From Gnetum montanum (lineage: Eukaryota > Plantae > Gnetophyta): DNA of 64,000 nucleotides. Every line of letters starts with the position of its first letter. Within the stretch, counting starts at the first letter, position 1. A program made the position numbers and the translations under genes. Below are positions 53,993 through 64,000 of the stretch, piece by piece. The stretch covers positions 1-64,000 of the forward strand of contig MNCI01002997.1 in the NCBI GenBank assembly GCA_015680685.1, given 5' to 3'. The notes below the pieces were generated by a model. That model saw nothing but the letters and a program-made list of their open reading frames with translations, was not told the origin of the DNA and ran no database searches.

Positions 53993-56900
53993 AACGAACT
54001 GAGGAAACTTATGCTAACAATGAAAGCATATATACATTGGAACATGAGCGTCGCCAACTTCCACCCCTGAATCTAAGATCATCAATTGGGAGAAGTTGGA
54101 CACTTCTTAGAAATTCAAATAGACGCTCATTATTTTGGATCTCTCCCTTACAACTCAGTCATGGGGAAGATGGCCACCTATGCTATCCATATGGGGCCCT
54201 CAGTTCTTTTAAGTTTTTGTTTTACACATTTTTGTTTTACAAATTTCTTTAGCTTTTCTAATTTTTGTTTTACAACTTTCTTTAACTTTTATAGTTTTTG
54301 TTTTACAACATCGTTATAATTTTTCCATTTTTTGTGTGAGTGTGTGTGTGTATCCATCCTATAAGTTTGTCCCATAATAAGTGTTATGACTGATGGTATG
54401 AACTGTTTTCATATTGATTGCTAATGTTTGGTTTTACCTTTAAGTCACAATGTTGATACTAAGGTATGTTTCTTTTGATATGGCAGGCAATCAGATCACT
54501 TCACCCATCCATCCACCAATTTCTATGGTTTCTCTTGGCTTGGAAATGTACAGTTCCCTTCTAATAAGAACTTTAATGAATCGATGACTAGGTATTTCTC
54601 AAACTAAGGAAGGACTCAAGGATTGCAAAGGGTGTGACTTCAAAGGAACTTGATGCTTTTGTGTTGGTCATTCTCTTGGGTGATTAGATGTTTCTTCTTG
54701 AGTTTTCTTACAATTTCGATGTTACCCAATTATCGGAAGCTGAGCCAATAAAAATAAGAAGTCTTTGCATGGTGTGGTTCTCACGCATAAAAACACAAAA
54801 CACAAAATAAAAATAAAAATAAAAGAAAGTGAGAATTCAAAGCACACCCCTTAGACGAAATAACAATTGGGCTAGAAGCACTGGTTATGGAACCAAAAGT
54901 GTTCCCTCTAACTAAGGCCCTTCTCGCTTCCCATTGTTTCCTTTGTTTCATCGAAATGGTGGTGGCTCTTTGAAGATGNNNNNNNNNNGAGTTGGAATGA
55001 GACTTGCCAAGTCACATTAACCATGAAACACACAAGGGGCTGTACACCACCTTGTTCTTGGGATTCTATTCCATTTCTCTTCTCTCCATCCTTCTCTCCA
55101 TTGTTCATTTCATTACCGGTTGTATCATTAGTGTATATATTTTGGTTGATGCATTGTTTTCTTTTTGGTAAATTCTTACGGTTAAGACTTTAACTCTTGT
55201 TCCATATGACATTCCTAGGGCCTACGGACTCTATGAATGTGGGTTTGTTAGGGCATTAAGGGCATGAGCCTGCTTTGGGGAGGACCCACTGACACTCCTA
55301 TTTGGAGCATTAGTTAACTTCTTTTCCTTAACGTTTTGCAATTAATTATTATTTTGTTCATTACCATCTTGACATCTACTTCATTGATGTTTTCAGTTGT
55401 CCCTTTTCTCTATCTTTCTTACTCCTTTTCCTTCTCCATTCTAACGCTACCGGAGGTTCGCGATTAGTCATGGGGGTTCAGGACCCGCTTTTTTCAATTT
55501 TCTCCTAGCCTCGAAATTTTTGATTTTCTTCCTAACCCCTACACCTTCGGTAGTCATCAATAACATCTTCCCAGGTCCATATCAGCCATACCACAACCTA
55601 GCCAATGGACTTACATCGAAGCAAGGTATTAATAACTTNNNNNNNNNNNNNNNNNNNNNNNNNNNNNNNNNNNNNNNNNNNNNNNNNNNNNNNNNNNNNN
55701 NNNNNNNNNNNNNNNNNNNNNNNNNNNNNNNNNNNNNNNNNNNNNNNNNNNNNNNNNNNNNNNNNNNNNNNNNNNNNNNNNNNNNNNNNNNNNNNNNNNN
55801 NNNNNNNNNNNNNNNNNNNNNNNNNNNNNNNNNNNNNNNNNNNNNNNNNNNNNNNNNNNNNNNNNNNNNNNNNNNNNNNNNNNNNNNNNNNNNNNNNNNN
55901 NNNNNNNNNNNNNNNNNNNNNNNNNNNNNNNNNNNNNNNNNNNNNNNNNNNNNNNNNNNNNNNNNNNNNNNNNNNNGAGCACGTGCGTTACGTGTGGTAA
56001 TCCCAGTGATGATTAGTGTTTGGTAGCCACAATTGCACAGTTCAAGGTGTGTACGGTAAGTGGNGATATTATTGTAAGGAACTCAAGGATGAGTTTTCAT
56101 TCAGTCATGGGGGTATGATGAGACGCGATATGCACAAGCCACGATATCGCATCCCGTACGCGATATCGCGGTCTGCCGCCAAATCTATAAATAAGAGGCN
56201 NNNNNNNNNNNNNNNNNNNNNNNNNNNNNNNNNNNNNNNNNNNNNNNNNNNNNNNNNNNNNNNNNNNNNNNNNNNNNNNNNNNNNNNNNNNNNNNNNNNN
56301 NNNNNNNNNNNNNNNNNNNNNNNNNNNNNNNNNNNNNNNNNNNNNNNNNNNNNNNNNNNNNNNNNNNNNNNNNNNNNNNNNNNNNNNNNNNNNNNNNNNN
56401 NNNNNNNNNNNNNNNNNNNNNNNNNNNNNNNNNNNNNNNNNNNNNNNNNNNNNNNNNNNNNNNNNNNNNNNNNNNNNNGGTGAGTGGGAATGGATGCTGA
56501 TGCTAGTTAATTTAGACTTAGGTCCTTAGTTAGAATAGTTAGTTCTCTAAACCCTTCACCCTCTAGCATAGGAGATAAACTTGAAAATACCAAAAAAATC
56601 ATATACCTCGGACTTACTTAACCATACACCGTGACAACAACAAGTAAGTCTGGGAAGACAACGAATGATTAACCCCAAGTGTTCCATGGGGCGTTTAGGC
56701 ATTTAGTTTGCGGAGTTCGACCGGATCACGCGTGCTATGCTTGTTTCGTATGGTTGAGTGTAGGGGTACCTCACCACTCATCATAGATTCATTCCAAAAA
56801 TTACACAAAATAAGATATATAACTTATTCTCCAAAAATTTACTTCCTTATGCTATAAAAATCCCTTTAGAATTTCAAAAATCTGAAAATATAACTTCTCA

Positions 56901-59789
56901 AAAATACACTTCTTAAAAAATAGACTTTTATCTCATAATTCCACCAATCAAGCAAAATATCTTATTATCCAAATGTAAATAAAAAAAACACTTTCTTGCA
57001 ATGTAAACTTTTAGTCCATTCTTCCACTATTTTGGCAAAATATCTTATTATCCAAAAATTTGCTTCCTTATAGCATGGACATCCAAAATAATGTTGGGAG
57101 CATCATAAGAAATTACAATCATACCTTATAATCCTAGTATTTTTCTTTAAACGTTTTCTTTCCCACTATCTTCCTTGGATTCCACTTGTAAAAACTTTAA
57201 AGAAAAACTTTGATAAGTGACATAAAGTCATTCTTTGATACCAACTATCATGCCCTAAAATTAGTCATAGATAAATTTATGAAATTGCTTAAGGAGCATG
57301 AATTAATTACTTTAAAATACATAAATCCCACATGCAAGACTTAACATCCAAAGTTAATCATTTGGAAAAATTAATATACTAAGAATAAAACCTTATAATT
57401 CAAAAAACATACTTGAATAAACCATGAAGATTAAAAACTTTACAAAATCCATGAAATGATTTACCAAAGTCTTTTACAATTATCCCTTAACTACAAGCTT
57501 TCTTAAAATACACATATATCCACATAGATCATTTTATAAATCCATTACATGGCTCTAAAATATAATAAGGTCTAAATCTTTCATCCATAATGCTTCCATT
57601 ATGCATCCTAATTTAGCATTTACATTATCACTTAAGATTTCATCCAAGTCTCCTAACTATAATCTACATGAAACACATGCTCAAAAGGTTATAAAACATT
57701 CATAGTAGAGGAAACTACCTTGGGATCACTTGGAATGAGGTGGAAGGTGGGGCCCATGCTACAAATCATACTATTAGAACCAATAACAAACTAATTGACA
57801 AATTTGCTAATAAAATAATTAACTAATTCATTAGTCGATAACCATTAACATTACCATTAATGAATTACTGTACCATTAACTCATGATTTGCACTACTAGT
57901 GATATTCTATGAGCTATTGCATCAAACATTAACATAACTATAAGATTGATACTAACTTAAACTAGCCATCAATAACTATTTGGTATAATATCTCACCTAT
58001 CTAGGCCAACCCTCATATATGAAAATGTCTAACTATTGGGTTAGAAACTCTCATGAATGTCAGACTACCAACTATTAGGTTACATTATGGTTAGTATTAA
58101 CTTTATAGATACCCTAAGTTCTTAGCTCCTCACTATCACCAAAGGTTTTCCTAATGTGGGATACACATCATTAGGTTGACAAAATTCTCTAAATCAATTT
58201 TACCATGACAAGACTAGCCGAGCAACACATTTCTACTTTGATAGAATTCTCTAAATAAATTTCATGGCAAGACCTATCTATTATACATTAGTAGCCAAAT
58301 TTGTAAATCATGTTAGGTAATAAAATCTTAGACCTAGCTTTTAATATTATGGATGCATCCATACATGATTTAATATTTAGCTAGCCATGGTTGTCAAATA
58401 CCACCATTTATGTTAGATGTTGTGTGCATCTTACCACTTTGGAAAACATGCTGAAAAGTCTCATGCTCATAGATTCATCATGAGGAGACTACCATTATCA
58501 TCGCCACTAGGAGGATATGATACAGGTGAATGGAGAATGTGAAGTGCAAAGAACAAAATTATGAATAAAATATAAAAAACTAAGGTTAGATGAGTAATGA
58601 AAATTGAAAATAAAGTTTACAAGGAAATCAAATACAAAAGAAAAGCATTTGGTAGAATCATGAAAGAAAGAACATTTTCTCTACCTTCAGAGGTTAACTA
58701 AGAGCAAAGCTTCACCAAGCAAGAATAGCTTCAGATCTAAAAATCACTAAGAGATTTATCACACATGCCAAAAGAAAGAGAATGAGAGAGAGAGTAATAC
58801 ATAATTGATGCCAAGAAAGGTAGTGTTGCCAAGTATATATGGACATAAAATAGAGTTTAGGAAATTCCAAAAATAATAATCTAATTTGAAGATGAGATTA
58901 CATGTATTCATAAAAAAGGTTCAAATGGTCCACAAGTAGTTATGTTCATGGGTTCACGTCATCAAGAATTGCTAAAGATAGCTCTCATCATCTACGAATG
59001 GATTGTCAATGTCCAAAGATAAAATAAAAGATCAATAATTATAAATTCCAATTAAATATTTAACATGCCTTTTTACCACATTTCAAAAAACTTAGAATAA
59101 CATAAAAATCAAATAATTATTTAAATAGTTATTATTTATAAAATACCAATAATTGACCGTGATTATCTTTTCAACTTATCCTTCATAAGGAGTAGAAGAC
59201 ATTAGCCAATACTAAGAAATAATTAGTAGAAAAATACAAAATAATATTGTCAAATATACAATAAGAGTAAGCTCTAAGGTTCAAACCTTAAGAAGCACAT
59301 TATCAAAACATAATAAAACTTATATACATATCAAGAGGTCTAAGGGTTAAACCTTATCAATACATGAGTGGTTGTTCCACAATGATATACACATCCTTAT
59401 AAGCAAATATACCATAGTATACTAATTAAAAAATAAACTAGCAATGTATCAAAAATACATAAATAAGAAGTCAAGGGTCCAAATCTCAATATGCATAACC
59501 ACAAGCATAAAATCCTAATGGAGATGTTAGAATATATTAGCATTTTTAAGTAGCCATAACATAATATAATATCATATCATATTACATCAAGATGCAATAT
59601 TATACTCAAGAACCAAGCATAAGAAAATAAAGAACAAATCTATGATCCTAGGTTTGAAACACAATCGTGTCACACACTCCCATCCTTTAGGGAATGTTTA
59701 CCCTCAAAGATAGAAAAGAACTGTGGGTACTCCTTATCCTCATAATTTCATTTAAGGTAATTAGTTAGTAGACTAAGTCAAATTGTGCT

Positions 59790-62700
59790 GTAATCTTTCT
59801 CTCTGGCTGGCCGTGTGCGCCGTTCTGATCTCTGCCGTGTCCTGCGCCTTGCGCGCCGTCTAGAGCGCTTGTTGTTGCGCCACGGGTGACGGCGCGCGTG
59901 TCTGCGGGTGCAGCAGAAAATACAACGCGTGCGTTTGCGGGAGCCGTTGTGTAGGTCGCAGCGGCCCTGGCAGCTCTTCATTCGGTCGCGGTGGTGGCCG
60001 ATCTGCTCCCAGTCGCGGCCGATTTTCCTCCCTTCGTGGCCGCGGTCGCACTACTGACAGATCCTCCGACCTGTGGCGCTCAGACCCTGCGCACTCCAAC
60101 AAGGGTTTCTGGCCTGGTTCTGCTTCTGTTTCGGGTCAGGGTTTCGCCTGGCCACCGCCTCAGGGTCAAAACTTTGTTTCACCGCCGTCTTAGCCCTCGC
60201 CTCCCTCACATCGCGCGCCGTGTGCTCATGCGGCCAGATCTGCCCGATCTGCGCAACCCGCGGCCAGATCTGCGCAACTAGAGTTGAATCCCAGAGTCGG
60301 CTGCAGGATCTGCATTGTGGTGCTATTGCTGCAGGTTGTTCCAGGGCTGCCATCGTGTTCCTACCGACGTGGAACCAGTTCCAATGGACGAGCAGCTCCT
60401 TTCAGGCAAGGATATGGATGAATCTTCAGTGGCTGCTTCTTCTTCTCCTCAGGGGAGTTCTCCCAACTCAGAACCTTTGGATTTTCTATTACCTCAAGAT
60501 ATTTTTGACTCCTTTTCTCAAGAATTTTCTGCACGTTTTATTTTTTTTCAAATAGTAGGTTATCTACCTCACTCTTTAAGCATCAATCTGCATATTAAAA
60601 CTATTTTACAAGCTCATGGAATTCAAGTTTCACACGCTCAATATTATGCTCGTAATTTTGTCCTTGCTAAGCTTTCGGAGGCTTCTCAAATCGAGAAAGC
60701 TCTCTCTCTTCGAATTTTCCCTGCTCGTAATGCTACACTCATCGCCCGGGCCTGGAAATTTGATTTCAATGTCAGCGACCCAGCCTTTAATATTATCCCT
60801 TGTTATGTAGAGCTCCCTCATCTTCCTTTAATCTTTTCACCTCTTGAGTGAGACATAGTTAGCACCTTAGGTTGAGTCATCTCCGACCGTGGAATTGAGG
60901 TTAACGGGGCTCACTATCATCGCTACTGTATCGAACTAGACATTTCCAAAAAAAAAACCACTTTAACTTTAGGAGCTGGAGGCAAGGTTTTTAAACAAAA
61001 GGTTGACTATTTTTATCGTCCTAACTCCTGTAGCTACTGCCATCGTGCAGAGCACCACATTTCCACCTGTCCCTTTCTAGCTAAGAAAAAATCTCAAACC
61101 AATCCTCCCAGATCCAGTCCTGTAGTCACTCCTCAACCTAACCCATCAATTGTTCCCATTAAGTTCGGTTCTACTTCTAACAATGTTTCATACCTTTCTT
61201 CCTCGTCTGCTCCTCTCAAGGCAAGAGTCTCTCAGTCCCATTCTCTCATTAAGGCCAAGTCTAAAGCACCAATCATCCACTCACAATCAGTCCAAGACTC
61301 ACTTCTATGAGATGAGTTTGTTATGGTCGGGGGAAGGAAAAGGGCTAAAGCATCTAACACCACCACTCCTCCTTCCTCTCCTCTGCCCAACACTAACCCA
61401 GCTTTAATTGTAAATACCAGCAACTCCTTTGCCATTCTTTCCTCTACTATGACAACTAACACTCCTAACCCCAATCCTTCTACCGCCTTGTCACTCATAA
61501 CAAGTAGAGCTTCTCCATGAACTTCCTATCTTGGAATGTCCGAGGCCTAACTAACAGGCTTCGTCGCAAAAGAGCCAGCAACTTTATTTCTAGCTTAAAT
61601 CTCACTTTGGATTTCCTCCTCCTCCAAGAAATCAAGATCTCAGCCGAACAATTATCTTTTTCAGCCCACGGGTTTCTTCCCCATTCTTCCGTTCTTGCTA
61701 CTTCGCATGAGTGTGGCAAAGGTGGCGCAGCCATTCTGTATCCAGCTTATTGGAAAGACAAACTCCTTCAGCATGGGTCCGATTTAGGTCACCGAGTGAC
61801 CTGGGCTATTTTCTCATCCTCACATGGTCCCTTCGGAGTTTGTTCTATTTATGCCCCCAATGACTCTACCGAACGCGCCCAACTGTGGCATGAACTCACT
61901 CATAGGCTCCCTTCTATTCCTTGGATTTTTGATGGCGATTTTAACATGATGGAATTCTCTCATGACAAGCTCGGGGGTGTTTTCTCTCAACTTCCGCATC
62001 AAGAATTTCAAGCTTGGTCAAATTTTAAGAAACGTTTCTATCTTTCGGATGGCATCGCAAACACTGCTAGTGGCTCTCTAAACAGCTTCACTTGGAACAA
62101 TCTTCGTAAGGGGTAGGCTCGCATTTATAGTCGGCTAGATAGGTATTACTTTTCCACCCTTTCTTTTTGGCAGACCCTTTCTACTACTAAAGTCCACCAA
62201 CAGGCAACCTTATCTGATCATTTCCCTCTTACTTTATCTATGCAAATCCATAATGACCACCAATGATAGAATTATCATCTCTTTAGGTTACATAGCCAAT
62301 GTTTCTCTTCTCCTTCCGCCCAACAACTTCTTTCTAGCCTTTGGAATGCTGAACGAAGACCCTTAGGTTCAACGGGTTGGATCCACTGGTGGCTTCGAAC
62401 TACTAGTAGAGTTAGGAATTTCGGCCGTCATTTTGGTAAGGAAGTTGCCTCTCGCTCTCGGCTAGAGTACACCAACATATGCTCTACCATTGAGCACCTT
62501 ATGACTAAACTAACTGATGATCCCTTCAATAGTCACCTTCAAGGGGAGCTTGCCAGAGCCCGTATTGCCTTTCAACATTGGGAAGTATATAAGGCACAAG
62601 GTGCCTTGATTAAAAGTCGACTCACTTAGCTAAACATACAAGACGAGCACTGTAAAGAATTCTTTAAGTACCTTAACCGATCCCCCCCTTCACCCTCTTT

Positions 62701-64000
62701 AGATAAAGTCTCCATAAATGGTTCCATTATCACTGACCAAAATAGTCTTCTCTCTTATCTTAAACACTTTGAGGCCTTATTCACCACTACTCCTATGGAT
62801 CTTGCATCCTTCGCGGCAGCCACTCTAAATTATCCTAAAATGGTTAATTCTTCTATGCTAACAATTTTAGAAGCCGATATTACTCCAGTTGAGCTTCGAC
62901 AGGCTTGCTTTAACCTAAGCCCTGGGAAAGCCCCGGGTTATGATGGTTTTCCAGTTGAATTTTTCCAAAAGCATTGGGATCTGGTTGGTTCTGACCTCTT
63001 CCATGTTATCAAAGAGGCTACGCTTACTGGCTCTTTGGGACCAATCTTAAACCAAGGGATTATTCGTCTTCTCCCTAAAACAGGAGATCCAACTTGTATC
63101 TCCAATTGGCGACCTATCACCTTACTTAATGTGGTTTACAAAATTTGGGCAAAGTGTTTGGCCTTGCGATTAAAGAAAGTCCTTGCCTTTATTATTTCCC
63201 CCCAGCAGACTGGCTTTGTTCCGGGAAGATACATATTAAATAATGTGGTGGCTGCTTGGGAAGGTCTTAAGTGGGCTGAGGATGAGGGTCAGGATATCCT
63301 CTTGATGAAGCTTGACTACGCTAAAGCCTATGATAACATTAAGTGGGACTTCATTATCCAAACCATGACTAAATTGGGTTTTGGCCCTAAGTTCATTCAT
63401 ATGGTAGAATGCTTATTCTCAGATGCTACTGCGCGAATCGCGACTACCTTCGGCATCACTTCTCCCTTTTCTATTCATAGGTCTGTTAGGCAAGGTTGCC
63501 CTCTCGCTCCTTATCTCTTCATCATAGCGGCTGATTTTCTCTGTCATCAAATCAGCTTGGATATTCAAAACAATGTTTTATTTGGGGTTCCTCTATCTTC
63601 TCCTCAACATCAGCTCCTCAATATGCATTTCGCTGATGACTCATTTTTCCTTATTCAAAACAATGCGGATAATGTGCAGTGTCTCTTGTCTCGAGTAGAG
63701 CAATATTGCTCCCTCTCGGGATCTGTCATAAATTGGCGAAAATCTTCTGTTTATAGCTTCACCAATAACTACAGTCATTTGCCCAATTATAGTTGGAAGC
63801 GTACTCAAGATCATGAGATCATTAAGCTCTTGGGAATTCCCTTTCGCTTTAGAGGCCCAACGTCCGAGCTCTGGGACCAAGTAATTGCTCGCATTCACAG
63901 AAAAATGGAAAAATGGAAAACCAAACCCCTCACCCTTGCCGGAAGGTATCTAATCTGTAAGTCTATTTGTGCCTCTACCCATGTTTATTACTCGTCATGT
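59790..64000 (+). mobile_element. L1-clade LINE (copy 3, different family), running off the right edge
   Basis: CpG-rich 5' UTR ~59790-60380. ORF1 ~60384-61520 (VELPHLP, CSYCHRAEHHISTC). ORF2 from 61517 (MNFLSWNVRGL, LLQEIK, IYAPN, GDFN, LSDH, GKAPGYDG, NWRPITLLN, VRQGCPLAPYLF, HFADD). Confidence 0.93.

Larger units (their letters stand above)
49782..56783 (+). mobile_element. Athila-like element C, gag-bearing, RT-RH-INT deleted
   Basis: TSD TAGAT at 49777-49781 and 56784-56788. 5' LTR 49782-50764, PBS TGGCGCCGTTGTCGGGGA at 50766-50783, PPT before 56116, 3' LTR 56116-56783 (partly gapped). Confidence 0.9.
46174..59760 (-). mobile_element. Non-coding large-LTR retroelement (LARD-like): two ~2.4-kb LTRs (46174-49394 and 57246-59674) around a short internal domain
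   Basis: Long colinear similarity between the two blocks. iMet PBS (TGGTATCAAAG on minus) at 57233-57243. PPT-like tracts at 49395-49408 and 59675-59688. Confidence 0.75.

Noticed and set aside
55977-56064. Extra LTR fragment upstream of the PPT of element C
   Set aside because: Bounded by an N gap and a single N; most likely a misplaced contig piece of the 3' LTR.
52863-56483. Long ORFs in the ORF track (339-401 aa and others)
   Set aside because: They are open only because they cross N runs.
59778-60555. GC-rich overlapping ORFs suggesting a host gene or foreign DNA
   Set aside because: They lie directly upstream of and overlapping LINE ORF1, consistent with a CpG-rich 5' UTR; the peptides are low-complexity.

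Overview
Repeat-dominated window of a land-plant nuclear genome (draft assembly, several N gaps). One host gene is recognisable: DCC1 (Ctf18-RFC subunit), minus strand, with two exons (24051-23867, 23346-22423), an E2F/MSA/CHR-type promoter and no identifiable final exon. The rest is nested, mostly pseudogenised retrotransposons. L1-clade LINEs: three near-full-length copies (7075-13048 +, ~15750-21660 -, ~59790-64000 +) and two fragments. Older RTE and L2/RTE-X-like LINE relics and Au-like tRNA-derived SINEs are also present. Athila-like Ty3/Gypsy elements: A (26035-45697 -), B nested inside A (34346-44419 +) and C (49782-56783 +, lacking RT-RH-INT). There is also a non-coding large-LTR element in tandem arrangement (~46174-59760 -). 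Most notable: two divergent LINE copies both extend ORF2 in frame past the zf-RVT by about 350 aa. The extension is a Transposase_32/plant-mobile-domain-like module plus a coiled coil, normally seen as an accessory ORF of LTR elements. Family assignments come from motif recognition by eye; no database searches were run.
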